Part shown: in pieces, positions 23,396 to 35,009 of the stretch | Position numbering within the stretch: the first letter of the stretch is position 1 | Layout: each line of letters opens with the position of its first letter | NCBI RefSeq assembly: GCF_902713615.1 | Contig: NW_024055494.1 | Location: forward strand, 295,519 to 359,518 | Length of the DNA: 64,000 nucleotides | Source of the DNA: Scyliorhinus canicula | Lineage: Eukaryota | Direction: 5' to 3' | Notes under the pieces: model-generated | Told to the model about the DNA's origin: nothing | Seen by the model: only the letters and a program-made list of their open reading frames with translations | The model's database searches: none | Position numbers and translations under genes: made by a program

Positions 23396-23859
23396 ATCTG
23401 CACCTCCAGCAGGGACAACCCAAAGGCAATTTGCTGAGCTGACCAGAGAGAGGAAGATTATTAACTCAATATCTTCCCAGTCCCCAAGCAGGGAGTTTGG
23501 AAGTAAACGGTTGTCTGGACTAAGAACTCAGTTATGACATTACAAGACGCCATGTAGTTTACAGGCTGATACATAATAAAGATGTTCTTAAAATATCTAT
23601 TTATGCAACATAATTCTTTTAGCACCCTTGTTCCTCTTATCCGTATGCTAAAACCGATTCCCCATAATCCAAATCCAGGCTGGTGATTGAATTCTCCCTG
23701 GGTTTTCACTGTTCTCTCCCGAGGAGCCTCCTTGTATTTTTGCATTCGGTCACCTGATGTCAGCTTGCAACTCACGGAAAACACATTTATATGCAGAAAG
23801 TTCAACATATTCTACATCGGTATCAATAATACCCACAACTGGCAAAGCTACAGGCAGCT

Positions 23860-24425
23860 GATACAAATACACAGACAGATAAACAGACACAGACACTACA
23901 CACACATGCACACAGACCCAGAAACACACACACGCTCACAAGTAGACACAAACACACATAGAAACACACATAGAAACACATGCACAAACATACACCCAGG
24001 CACAACGGACCACACATATTTTGACACAAAAACACACGCAAATGTGCACAAAAATTCACAAGCATGCACATAAACACAAAAAGCACATGTTTAGAAACAC
24101 ACAGACTCACGTGCACATCCACACATACAAACACAATTCCACACACACAAGTGGGTACACACATGTATACAGACATATACAACCACATGTCCACACAGAT
24201 ACACAGACATATACAACCAGACAAGCAGGCTGACAGAAGAATATGAAACAGAAATGTAACCAATAACATGTAAATTAGCAGAATTTCACGATGACAGAAA
24301 TATTTCCATTCAAACAGAGACAATAATCCACACTAACGGACACATGTAGATACATATTAGCTGACTCGTACACACGCTAACACGAACACATATGAATATA
24401 CATAGAGTCATCAATACACATCAAT
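23860..24425 (+). repeat. CA-rich low-complexity tract
   Basis: ACAC/ATAC-rich degenerate simple sequence. Confidence 0.8.
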
Positions 24426-24747
24426 AGATAGTTATAATCAAACATCAACGCATAAATAGCACTGCTGCCTCACAGTACCACAGGTGATTGTCTGTGTGGT
24501 GTTCCCACGTTCTGCCGGGTCTGTTCCTGTTTCCTCCGCGTGCTCTAGTTTCCTCCCACAGTCCAAAGATGTGCAGGTTTGGTGGATTGGCCAGGCTATA
24601 TTACCCCTTAGTGCCCACAACGTTAGGTGGGGTTAGGAGGTTCTGGGCATAGGGCAGGGGCATGCGTCCAGGCAGAGTGCTCTTTCGGAGGGTCGGTGCA
24701 GACACAATGGGCCGAATGGCCTCGTTCGGCGCAATAGGGATTATATA

Positions 24748-24970
24748 TTTTTTTAAATTTAGATTACCCAATTATCTTTTTCCAATTAAGGGGCAATTTA
24801 GCGTGGCCAATCCACCTACTCTGCACATTTTTGGGTTGTGGGAGCGAAACCCACGCAGACACGGGGAGAATGTGCAAACTCCACACGGACAGTGACCCAG
24901 AGCCAGGATCGAACCTGGGACCTCAGCGCCGTGAGGCGGTTGTGCTAACCACGAGGCCACCGTGCTGCCC
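24748..24970 (-). mobile_element. Short A-tailed HE1-type SINE with 13-bp TSD
   Basis: HE1 body; ATAGGGATTATAT at 24734 and 24971. Confidence 0.9.
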
Positions 24971-25263
24971 ATAGGGATTATATTTAATGATGATTCTATG
25001 ATGAAATACACGCATCAACAAACTCACACAAACACAAACGCACTTATCCAGACACAAACATTAAGACACTGACATGCATGTTGAACGTATAAAGACACAT
25101 TAACACTTTCATTACTGGACAGGGAAGTATGAACTCATATTGACACTTGAACACACACGATGACACTTATAAAGACATCGGGACACAAATGAAGAGTAAA
25201 GAAATACGAATTTCGCATCCACACAGACACAAAAGCTAAAGAACAAACACAAACGTCAGGCAA

Positions 25264-25450
25264 GGGCGGCACGGTGGCATAGTGGTTAGCACTGCTGCCT
25301 CACGCCACCATGGACCTGGGGTTGATCCCGCTCCTGGGTCTCTGTCCCAGTGGAGTTTCCCCGTGACCCGTGGGTCTCACGCCGACAACCCAAAGATGTG
25401 CAGGGTAGGTGGATTGGCCAGGCTAACTTGCCCCATAATTGGAAGAAAAA
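25264..25450 (+). mobile_element. HE1-type SINE (decayed)
   Basis: GGGCGGCACGGTGGCATAGTGGTTAGCAC head and CAAAGATGTGCAGGGTAGGTGGATTGGCC core. Confidence 0.85.
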
Positions 25451-25606
25451 AGTTACAGAGATCGATTTCCGAGTGTCTTGAACTCAACAGTAGATATGCA
25501 ATGACAAATATGTTAAATTAGCAGCGGGAGAAAATGAAACGAGAATATTAAAAAACATATCCTGGATTAATAAACAAACTAATTATATTTGGCTCGATCC
25601 TCGTAG

Positions 25607-25734
25607 ATACCACAGACAACACCTGGACTGAAGACAATGAGGATGATAACGGGAACATCTGGACAACCGCTTCCACATTCATCACCCTGTTCTTCCTGAG
25701 CATGTCCTACAGCGCTGCAGTCACTCTGGTGAAG
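25607..25734 (+). CDS. IGHM: IgM TM1 exon (DTTDNTWTEDNEDDNGNIWTTASTFITLFFLSMSYSAAVTLVK)
   Basis: Acidic spacer plus CART-type transmembrane helix, acceptor CGTAG in phase with the Cmu4 internal donor, donor AAG|GTGAGA. Confidence 0.95.
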
Positions 25735-25873
25735 GTGAGAAGATTCAATCCACTCACACTTCAAACTGACAGAGGCCGTTTAAAACATCTCTAAATGTTT
25801 GATTGATTAAAAACTCTAACATCAATGTCCCAGATCATAAACATCTGCTTCATCATTTCTCTCTCTTTTACAG

Positions 25874-25882
25874 ATCAAGTGA
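25874..25882 (+). CDS. IGHM: IgM TM2 exon (IK*)
   Basis: Polypyrimidine tract plus TTTTACAG, then ATC AAG TGA, 139 bp after TM1. Confidence 0.88.
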   Translation: MK

Positions 25883-26285
25883 TCGGTTGACGTTCGGACG
25901 CTGTAGATTTCCCTCAGCTGTTTATTATGATCTGTGTGTGACACAAATACAATATCTCCTCTTGGTGACTAACAGTAACATTCTCTCAGTTTATTATTCT
26001 GCATCTGTAACTGAGACAATCATGGACAGTATTTCTGCTTTTCAGTTTAAAATGTACGAGATAATTTTGGCTGTAATGTAATTGTAGTTAATAATTTCTC
26101 TCAATGTCATGTCTAAATAAGTAACTTACCTCGTACCTTATTTACAACAGTTGCCTTCTCTTTCTGTTGAGCTCCTGTTCTCTCTTGTGTCTGTTACAGT
26201 TGTACATACATTTGGCAGCTCAGAGGGCATGTGTTCTGTTCTCACTGTGACCTTCAATCGTTATGTTCCGTTTTGTCAACATCAA

Positions 26286-26326
26286 AATAAACTTTTGTAT
26301 AATATTTTCTCTGAAATTTTAATAAA
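26286..26326 (+). terminator. Candidate polyadenylation signals for membrane mu mRNA
   Basis: AATAAA at 26286 and 26321. Confidence 0.6.
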
Positions 26327-26711
26327 TATTGAATGAAAAATGAAGACAATAAGACTAATCTGAACTCCTTTCTCCAAGGTCCATCGGCACCGCTCCATTT
26401 CCCCGATTATACAGTTGTCTTCCCTTTCCCAGACAGATATTTCTCACCAGTCCTGTCTGGGATGTGTCTGAACTCAAGGCCCCTCAGTGAAAGAGCCACT
26501 GCGCCACCAAGCGGCCCATCTGGGTTAAGACACCTTCACCTTTGCCTTTTTATGGTCAACTCTAGAGACAGAATGATTGCTCAGCTGAAGAATTCCACTG
26601 ATTCACTACCCTCTGATGGAAGAAATGTCTCCTCACCTCTGTCCTAAATTTGAGATCCCTTAGTCTGAGATTATGCCCTCTGGTCTCAGACTCTCCCACA
26701 AGAGGAAACAA

Positions 26712-27010
26712 GATGATTTTTCAGGCTGTGTAACTGGTTAAAGCTCTTTCCACAGTCAGTTCACTGGAACACTCTCACTCAGGTTTGTGTGGGTCTCGGG
26801 GCTTTTCCAGTCACACTGATATTGAAATCTCTTCCCACAGTCCGAACAGACAAGCACATTGACAGTTTGTGATATTTAGATCCTAATGAATTGAGTGACT
26901 GTCAGATCTTGATGTTATATTTGGTTTGAGTTGCCCAGCTGCCAATCCTCCCGTTCTAATGCCTGAAAAATAAGTTTACAAAAATGATCACTATAAGAAT
27001 AGGATATAAA
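26712..27010 (-). pseudogene. Truncated ZNF-cassette leader relic, convergent with IgM
   Basis: The reverse complement matches the ZNF leader at 56345-56610 (TCAGTGTGACTGGAAAAGC..GAGAC, TTCCAGTGAACTGACTGTGGAAAGAGCTTT). Confidence 0.8.
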
Positions 27011-27072
27011 TTCACAACAGATCAGTCCAGTTTCTATCAAACCTTCTTTTGTCTCTTGCTTTCCCCAAGCAT

Positions 27073-27415
27073 GGCAGCACGGTAGCATTGTGGATAGCAC
27101 AATGGCTTCACAGCTCCAGGGTCCCAGGTTAGATTCCGGCTTGGGTCACTGTCTGTGCGGAGTCTGCACATCCTCCCCGTGTGTGCGTGGGTTTCCTCTG
27201 GGTGCTCCGGTTTCCTCCCACAGTCCAAAGATGTGCAGGTTAGGTGGATTGGCCATGATAAATTGCCCTTTGTCCAAAATTGCCCTTAGTTTTGGGTGGG
27301 GTTACTGGGTTATTGGGATAGGGGGAGGTGTTGACCTTGGGTAGGGTGCTCTTTCCAAGAGCCGGTGCAGACTCGATGGGCGGAATGGCCTCCTTCTGCA
27401 CTGTAAATTCTATGA
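27073..27415 (+). mobile_element. Full-length HE1 SINE with CR1(HER1)-type 3' tail
   Basis: tRNA head, V-SINE-like core and tail GATGGGC.GAATGGCCTCCTTCTGCACTGTAAATTCTATGA; partial second copy at ~27480-27710. Confidence 0.92.
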
Positions 27416-27759
27416 TATGTGGTCCAGTCAAAATAAAAGACCAAAATCAGCTAGAAGCCCCAACAAAAGTGTTACTGCCTGTGTGGAGTCTGCCCGTTCT
27501 CCCCGTGTCTGCATGGGTTTCCTCCAAGTGCTCCGGTTTCCTCCCACAGTCCAAAGATGCGCAGCTTAGGTGGATTGGCCATGCTAAATTGCCCTTATGT
27601 TAGATGGTGTCGCTGGGTTACAGGGATAGGGTGGAGATGCTCTTTCCAAGAGCCAGTGCAGACTCGATGGGCCGAACGGCCGACTTCTGCACTGTAAATT
27701 CTATGATTGTACCTCTCTGATTATTGAGTCAATCAGCGAGTCAGCCTGAAATCTGCCTC

Positions 27760-28150
27760 ACAATGCCCGGGTGATTGACGGCAGCCCCGGACCAATAGGA
27801 AGAGGAGGGGCGGGACTGCGGGACCGACCGGAAGCAGCTAGTCCTCCAACCAATCGGAGTGAATGAGGGGCGGGCCCGCTGTTATTGAAGCATGCGCAGT
27901 GTGGGGAATGGCGAAGGAGAAGGATGTGTTTTCAGATCGGAAATCGGTGAGAGGACTTTAACAATATGGAGGGAGCGAGAGATCGCGGGGGCGGGCGGAA
28001 ACGTTGTGTAAAGTTGTTGAAATCGCAAACATCGGAAAGGTTTCCGGGACCCAGTTTGTCCCGAGCGGAACTGCAGCTCCTCACATTGGGCTCGGGTTAA
28101 CGGCCGCCATCTTTATTGGATGTAAATCAGGGCGCATGCGCGTTTGCCGT
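27760..28150 (+). promoter_or_regulatory. CpG-rich promoter/exon 1 region of ZNF gene 1
   Basis: Two CCAAT boxes, GC boxes, NRF1-like GCATGCGCA (~27890, ~28135), YY1-like GCCGCCATCTT (28103) and a donor TCG|GTGAG at 27947. Confidence 0.8.
27908..27946 (+). CDS. Probable coding exon 1 of ZNF gene 1 (MAKEKDVFSDRKS)
   Basis: ATG to phase-0 donor; would join in frame to the acceptor TTCACAG before 33098 (CVR-MGDF...). Splicing is inferred. Confidence 0.5.
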
Positions 28151-28566
28151 CTTTGTCGGGGGCCAATGTTTCAATGAGTGGGAGGGGCTTGTTCCCCATT
28201 GTTCAGAATGGAGACAACTTGTCCATCAAACTGGATTAGTCTTTGACTCCCAATGTCTTACTGATGATGCAAAGCAGTGGCAGAGATGGAAAGAAAAGGA
28301 AGCCAATCCTGCTCTCTGAATTTCACTCTCTTATTAGACATTCTGTCCCATCTGTCCAAAGCTCTGCGGCTCTGTTCAGCCATGTGAAGACCCAGGATAG
28401 AAATTCACAATCAATGGGCTTTGACAAAGAGTCATCGGACTCGAAACGTTAGCTCTTTTCATTCCCTACAGATGCTGCCAGACTTGCTGAGATTTTCCAG
28501 CATTTTCCCTTTCGATAGAAATTCACAACCCTGAGTAGACGTCACCCTCAAATCGAGGGACTGATT

Positions 28567-29018
28567 CATAGAATTTACAGTGCAGAAGGAGGCCATTGGG
28601 CCCATCGAGTCTGCACCGGCTCTTGGAAAGAGCACCCGACCCAAGCCCACACCTCCACCCTATTCCAGTAACCCCACCCAACTCTCAGGGCAATTTTGGG
28701 TACTTAAGGGCAATTTAGCTTCACAGCTCCAGGGTCCCAGGTTCGATTCCCGGCTTGGGTCACTTGTTTGTGCGGAGTCTGCACATTCTCCCCGTGTGTG
28801 CGTAGGTTTCCTCTGCGTGCTCCGGTTTCCTCCCACGTCCAAAGATGTGCAGGTTAGGTGGATTGGCCATGCTATATTGCCCTTAGTGTTCAAATTTGCC
28901 CATAGTACTGGGTTATGGGGATAGGGTGGAGGTGTGGGCTTGGGTAGGGTGCTCTTTCCAAGAGCCGGTGCAGAGTCGATGGGCCGAATGGCCTCCTTCT
29001 GCAATGTAAATTCTGTGA
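28567..29018. mobile_element. Fold-back HE1 SINE (inverted 3' half fused to a 5'-truncated copy)
   Basis: 28567-28720 is the near reverse complement of 28871-29018. Confidence 0.85.
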
Positions 29019-29227
29019 AATTATATGAAATACATGGGTTTCTGGAAAATCATTGCGACAGAAAAAATATTTTAGTGACTCTGGAACATGATTAGGACAG
29101 TAAAAATACTAATTTTGGGTCTCTGGAAAATCATGAGGACAGTAAAAAAGATTTTTGAACATTTCAGTGGATATAAAAATATTGAAACTGGGATAAAGGT
29201 TGATTGACTGACAGTCAATCACTGTCC

Positions 29228-29700
29228 TTTTTTAAAATAAATTTAGAGTGCCCAATTCATTTTTTCCAATTCAGGGACAATTCAGCATGTCCAATGGGCC
29301 TAACCTGCACATCTTTGCGTTGTGGGGATGCAGCATGGTGGTTTCGTGGGTTAGCCCTAATGCCTCACGGCGCGAAGGTCCCAGGTTCGATCCCAGCTCT
29401 GGGTAACTGTCTGTGTGGAGTTTGCATATTCTCCCCGTGTTTGCGTGGGTTTCGCCACCACAACCCAAAGATGTGCAAGGAAAGTGGATTGGCAAGGCTA
29501 AATTGCCCCTTAATTGGAAAAAAAAATTAATTGGTTACTCTAAATTTATTTTTTTAAATCACTGGGTTGTGGCATGAAACCCACACAAACACGGGGAGAA
29601 TGTGCAAACTTCGCACAGTCAGTGACCCAGAACTAGGTCCGAACCTGTGACCTCAGCGCTGTGAGACAGCAGTGCTAACCACTGCACCACCGTGCTGCCC
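29228..29700. mobile_element. HE1 (+, ~29330-29555) nested inside HE1 (-)
   Basis: The minus copy is interrupted at GTTGTGG, which is repeated on both sides of the insert. Confidence 0.8.
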
Positions 29701-29921
29701 TAGTCAAACACTGTCCTGGAAGGGAAGGAGTTATTTTGCTTCCCAATTGGCCGAGGAAGGCAGTGTGTCACAAGGATGGAAGTGTTGACCGATTAATGGC
29801 TGGAGGATGGCGGCAAGTCATGTGATCAAGCCTCCAGGAATACATTTAATCAAAGTTGGCGAGGAGAGAATGTTGTGAATTTCTATCCGAAACTGGCAGT
29901 GTGGTTTCTGTAAATTTACAG

Positions 29922-30115
29922 GATACTGGAAGTGGAGGTTTAACAGACGGGAAACACAAACCAAATGTCACATCGCGATCTGACAGAGTCACTCGATTCA
30001 TCAGAACCAGAATTTCAGCAGCATCTGGTTGTGGAAGGTAAAAGGTTTGTCTGTTCTGTCTGTGAGGGAAGATTTCAGGTCTCAGTGTGACTGGAAAAGC
30101 CCCGAGATTCACAAA
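29922..30115 (+). pseudogene. ZNF-cassette leader relic without fingers
   Basis: Acceptor TTTACAG, then GATCTGACAGAGTCACTCGATTCATC...TTTGTCTGTTCTGTC...TCAGTGTGACTGGAAAAGC, cut off by a CR1 fragment. Confidence 0.75.
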
Positions 30116-30226
30116 CCCTGGTTAGACCAAACCTGGAGAACTGTGTTCAGTTCTGGGCAACAAACCTGAGGAAGGATAGAATAGCCTCAGAGGGAGTGTA
30201 GCACAGATTTATCTGAGTGATATCTG

Positions 30227-30268
<42 letters not shown>

Positions 30269-30317
30269 GGTTGGGTTAAATTAAAAGGTGAGATTACACA
30301 AAAATGTCAGAGTCAGC

Positions 30318-30545
30318 TGGCAGCACGGTGGCGCAGTGAGTAGCATTACTGCCTAACAGCGCCGAGGTTCCAGGTTTGATCCCGGCTCTGGGTCACTGTC
30401 CATGTGGAGTTTCCACATTGTTTGCATGGGTTTTGCCTCCAAAGCCCAAAGATGTGCAGGTTAGGTGGACTGACCATGCTAAATTGCCCTTTAATTGGAA
30501 AAAATGAATTCGGTACTCTAAATCTATTTTTAAAAATTATAAAAA
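30318..30545 (+). mobile_element. Short A-tailed HE1-type SINE with 13-bp TSD
   Basis: ACAAAAATGTCAG at 30298 and 30545. Confidence 0.85.
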
Positions 30546-31009
30546 ACAAAAATGTCAGTCATTATGGGCAGAGAAGGGCATTCGGTCCATTGAGTCCATG
30601 CTAGCTCTCTGGTCGGCCAGGTGGTTAGCACTGTTGCTTCACAGCACCAGGGACCCAGGTTTGATTCCTGGCTTGGGTCACTGTCTGCGGTCTGTGCACG
30701 TTCTCCCCGTGTGTGTTGTGGGATTTTCAGAGTAACGTCATTGCAGTGTTAATGTAAGCTTACATGTGACACTAATAAAGATTATTATTATCTGGAGCAA
30801 TCCAGTCAGAGTCATTCTCCTGCTCTGTCTCTGTATCTTCACAGGTTTATTTCTGTCAGGTTTCTATCCAATTTTTAAAAAAATAATTTATTGTGTCTAT
30901 TTCCAAACACTGTCCTTGGCAGCAAGTTTAAGGTCATTTCACTGGCTGTGTAAAAACATTCTTCCTCCTACCTCCTGGACCATTTACATGCACAGATACA
31001 GAGCAACGT

Positions 31010-32210
31010 AGAAAATAGGAGCAGGAGGAGACCATTTGGCCCTTCGAGCCTGCTCCACCATTCATTACGATAAGAGCTGATTAGGCTCAATAACCTAATC
31101 CCGCTTTCCCCCCATATCCTTTGATCCCCTTCACCCTCAGTGCTGTATCTAACTACTTCTTCAAGACATGCAATGTTTTGGCCTCAATTAGTTCCTGTGG
31201 CGACAAATTCCACAGGCTCACCGCTCTCTGGGTGAAGAAATGTCTCCTCATCTCTGTCCTAAATGGTCTACCTGGTCTCGTCAGACTGTGACCCCTATTT
31301 CTGGACACCACTATCGGGAACACCCTTCCTGAATCTACTCTGTCTCACCCTGTTTTTCTTTTAACATAAATTTAGAGTGACCAAATTTTTTTTGCAATTA
31401 AGGTGCAGTTTTAACGTGGTCAATCTACCTACCCTGCACATCTTTGGATTTGTGGGGGTGAGACCCACGCAAACACAGGGAGAATGTGCAAAATCCACAA
31501 AGACCATGGCCCGGATTGAACCCGGGTCCTCGGCGCCATGAGGCAGCAGTGCTAACCACTGAGCCACCGTGCCACCCACTTTTTATAGGTTTCTATGAGA
31601 TTCCCCCCTCATTCTTCTGAACTCCAGCGAATACAATCCAAAACAATTCAACCTAACCCGCACATCTTTGAACTGTGGGAGGAAACCGGAGAACCCGGAG
31701 GAAACCCACACAAACACACGGAGAAAGTGCAAACTCCACACAGTCAGGGGGAGAATTGAACCCAGGTCCCTGGTGCTGTGAGGCAGCAGTGCTAAGCACT
31801 ATGCCACCCCCTGTCTTGCAACCCTCAAGAGAAAAAAAAATCCTTATCCCCATCTGAAATGGGTGACCACTCACTTTGCAACAGTGACCCCCTTGTTCCA
31901 GATTCTCCCACAAGAGAAACATTCTCTCCACATCCACCCTGTCAAGACCCCTCAGGATCTTGTATCATTCAATCCAGGTTTTACCCAAATCTTTAAATCT
32001 GTGCCCCGACTGCTTGTATGATCAGTGAATGGAAACAGAGTTTCTTTGTCCACCCGATGGAAATCTGGCATAATCGTGTGTCCCTGAACCAAATCTCCCC
32101 TCAACCTCCTTTGCTGGAACCATTCTGGTAAATCTCCTCTGCACCTTCTCCAAGAACCTTCCCATTCTTCCTGAAGAGTGGTGACCAGAGCTTTATAAAG
32201 ATTCATAGAA
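31010..32210 (-). mobile_element. Decayed CR1 fragments with inserted HE1 copies (~31365-31578, ~31660-31810)
   Basis: Minus frame reads LRGDLV...RVDKETLFP, plus CR1 tail motifs and HE1 cores. Confidence 0.75.
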
Positions 32211-32214
32211 TAGA

Positions 32215-32555
32215 ATTACAGTAGAACTATAGAATTCCTACAGTGCAGAAGGAGGCCATTCGTCCCATCAAGTCTGCACCGATTCTCTGAAAGGGCACCC
32301 TGCCTAGGCCCACACCCCTACCCTGTCCCTGGAACCCCATAGCCCCACCTAATCTGCACATCCCTGGACACTGAGGGGCAATTTATCAAGGCCAATCCAC
32401 CGAACTTTCCCTTCTTTGGACTGTTAGAGGAAACCTGAGCACCGGGTGGAAACCCACACAGGCATGGGGGGAAAGTGCAAACTCCACACAGACAGTCACC
32501 AAGGTCACAATTGAACCCGGGTCCCTGGTGCTGTGAGGCAGCAGTGCTAACTACC
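32215..32555 (-). mobile_element. HE1 SINE
   Basis: Reverse-complement HE1 with CR1-type tail. Confidence 0.85.
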
Positions 32556-32814
32556 GTTCCACCAGAAGCATAGTTTCTGTATCAATATTACTGTTTATGA
32601 AGGTCAAGATCGAATTTGCTTTGCCATCAACTCTCTTAATATGTCTTGTAGATGTACAAATTCCCTCTTCACCTCTTTCTCTCTCCTCCCAAAGAGGCCA
32701 GTTGTGTTTTTGTGACAATTCTGCCATTTTCATTGTCACTTTTTCCCAGAACCGGCCCCACAAATGACCAGATTCATTCAGTTCAATTTCACAACCTGCT
32801 TTTGTATTTTTCTA

Positions 32815-33035
32815 AAATAAATTTAGATTATCCAATTCATTTTTTCCAATTAAGGGGCAATTTAGCGTGGCCAGTCCACCTATCCTGCACATATTTGGGT
32901 TGTGGGGGTGAAACCGACGCAAACACAGGGAAAATGTGCAAACTCCACACGGACAGTGACCCGGGGCCAGGATCGAACCTGGGACCTCGGAGCCGTGAGG
33001 CAGCAGGGCTAACACACTGTGCCGCCATGCTGCCC
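32815..33035 (-). mobile_element. Short A-tailed HE1-type SINE
   Basis: HE1 body with degenerate TSD GC.TTTGT.TTTTT. Confidence 0.85.
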
Positions 33036-33106
33036 GCCTTTGTGTTTTTCTGGGTTCTCTCTCACTCCCTATTTTCTGTTTTAAATCAGTTTCACAGTGT
33101 GTTCGA

Positions 33107-34243
33107 ATGGGAGACTTCAAAGTCCAGAAACTCAAACCAAGCATCACGTCAGGATCTGACAGAGTCCTCAATTTATCATATCCTGAATATCAGCGGATTT
33201 TGATCATGGAAGGAAAAAGCATCGTTCACAGTGGGGAGAAACCGTACACGTGTTGCGTGTGTGGACGAAGATTCAGTCAATCATCAGGCCTCACAAGCCA
33301 CAAATGCAGTCACACAGAGGAGAAACCATGGAAATGTGGGGACTGTGGCAAAGGATTCACTTACCCATCCAAACTGGAAACTCATCAACGCAGTCACACT
33401 GGGGAGAGACCATTCACCTGCTCCAAGTGTGGGAAGGGATTCACTCAGTCATCCACCCTGCTGAGTCACCAGCGAGTTCACACTGATGAGAGACCGTTTC
33501 AATGTCCAGATTGCGGGAAGTGCTATAAATGTTCTGGGGAACTAATGTGCCATCAACGTGTTCACACTGACGAGAAACCGTTTAGGTGCTCTGACTGCGG
33601 GACCGGGTTCAGACGGTCAGCTGATCTCGCTGTACATCAGCAAATTCATACTGGGGAGAGGCCATTCGCCTGCTCCAAGTGTGGGAAGGGATTCATTCGG
33701 TCATCGGCCCTGCTGAGACACCAGCGAAGTCACACTCGGGAGAGATCGTTCACCTGCTCCGAGTGTGGGAAGAGATTCAGTCACTCATCCAACCTGCTGA
33801 GTCACCAGCGAGTTCACACTGGGGAGAGTCCATTCACCTGCTCCAATTGTGGGAAGGGTTTCACCACTTCATCGCACCTGCTGAGACACCAGCGAGTTCA
33901 CACTGGGCAGAGACCATTCACCTGCTCCGAGTGTGGGAAGAGATTCACTCAGTCATCCAACCTGGTGAGTCACCAGCGAGTTCATACTGGGGAGAGACCA
34001 TTCACCTGCTCCAAGTGTGGGAAGAGATTCAGTCACTCATCCAACCTGCTGAGTCACCAGCGAGTTCACACTGGGGAGAGTCCATTCACCTGCTCCAATT
34101 GTGGGAAGGGTTTTGTCACTTCATCCCACCTGCTGAGACACCAGCGAGTTCACACCGGGGAGAGACCATTCACCTGCTCCGAGTGCGGGAAGGGATTCAC
34201 TCAGTCATCAAACCTGCTGAGACACCAACGAGGCCACAAGTAA
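33107..34243 (+). CDS. C2H2 zinc-finger protein 1 (12 fingers, no KRAB visible)
   Basis: 378-aa ORF with CxxC...HxxxH units and TGERP linkers; AATAAA at 34365. Confidence 0.93.
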   Translation: MGDFKVQKLKPSITSGSDRVLNLSYPEYQRILIMEGKSIVHSGEKPYTCCVCGRRFSQSSGLTSHKCSHTEEKPWKCGDCGKGFTYPSKLETHQRSHTGERPFTCSKCGKGFTQSSTLLSHQRVHTDERPFQCPDCGKCYKCSGELMCHQRVHTDEKPFRCSDCGTGFRRSADLAVHQQIHTGERPFACSKCGKGFIRSSALLRHQRSHTRERSFTCSECGKRFSHSSNLLSHQRVHTGESPFTCSNCGKGFTTSSHLLRHQRVHTGQRPFTCSECGKRFTQSSNLVSHQRVHTGERPFTCSKCGKRFSHSSNLLSHQRVHTGESPFTCSNCGKGFVTSSHLLRHQRVHTGERPFTCSECGKGFTQSSNLLRHQRGHK

Positions 34244-34469
34244 CCACAGTGATTGGATTTTGCTGTTACTCACATTCAGGACTGAGCCATGTTCATTTGG
34301 GTCTTTTTCTGCTGATAACAAACTCCAGCCCATTTACAGGGGCTAATATTCTGGCTAAAAATCAAATAAATTAGATTTGTGTTAAATACGCAGTGTGTTG
34401 AAACTTTTTGATATCTCTGACACAAGTTAGTTCCTTTTGAAGTGTGATGAGCTTGTGGAGCTTCTTTGT

Positions 34470-34945
34470 GACTGAGATTGAGTCAATGCGATCAGCTGCC
34501 TCTGCTGCTTCCCTCCCTTCCACGAGCCTACCGGACCAAACTGTCTCTAAATTTCATCCTTTCCCAAGCCCTGAACCCACATCTTTTTCTAGTTTCTCTC
34601 CCACCTCCTCTGAGAGCTCATCTTGTCCATGAGACCCAGCTCCTGGCCCATCGACCCTATTCCCACTGAGCTACTGATCAGCCAACTACCCTGTGTCTAT
34701 GGATATTGTCAACATTTCTGTCTCTTCAGGTACTGTCCCTCTGTCCTTCAAATCTGCCATCATCACCCCCTCCTCAATAAAACAGACCCTTGACCCTGCC
34801 ATCCTTACAAATTACCATCTTCAACCTCCATCTCCTCTCCAAACTCTTTGAACATGTTGCTACCTCCCAAATCCTTGCCCATCTTTCCCAGAACTCCCAT
34901 GTTTGAATCCTTCAATCAGGTGTCCGCCCTGTTTCAGTCGTGAAA
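34470..34945 (+). mobile_element. L2-type LINE RT fragment
   Basis: Motifs resembling PIPTELL, SAIITP, LDP..L.NY with frameshifts. Confidence 0.55.
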
Positions 34946-35009
34946 TACAAGAGACAAACAAAATCTTACCCGGAGAGAAGACAGACAATCCGGGAGCTTG
35001 GATGCAAGG

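Larger units (their letters stand above)
3207..25882 (+). other. IGHM: Complete germline (unjoined) cartilaginous-fish IgM heavy-chain cluster: L-VH-D1-D2-JH-Cmu1-4(sec)-TM1-TM2
   Basis: All segments are in order with RSSs obeying the 12/23 rule, GT-AG sites in compatible phase and no in-frame stops. One V, two D, one J and one C set is the established shark cluster layout. Confidence 0.97.

Noticed and set aside
18416-25882. IgW or IgNAR identity
   Set aside because: Four C domains, a mu-type tailpiece, a VH with intact FR2/CDR2 and two D segments fit IgM.
27073-27150. tRNA genes at SINE heads
   Set aside because: Only A/B-box-like remnants are present, with no full cloverleaf, and they continue into SINE bodies.
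33231-34374. Alternative-frame ORFs over the ZNF genes (also near 47509-48060 and 56617-57512)
   Set aside because: They are shadow frames of repetitive finger codons.
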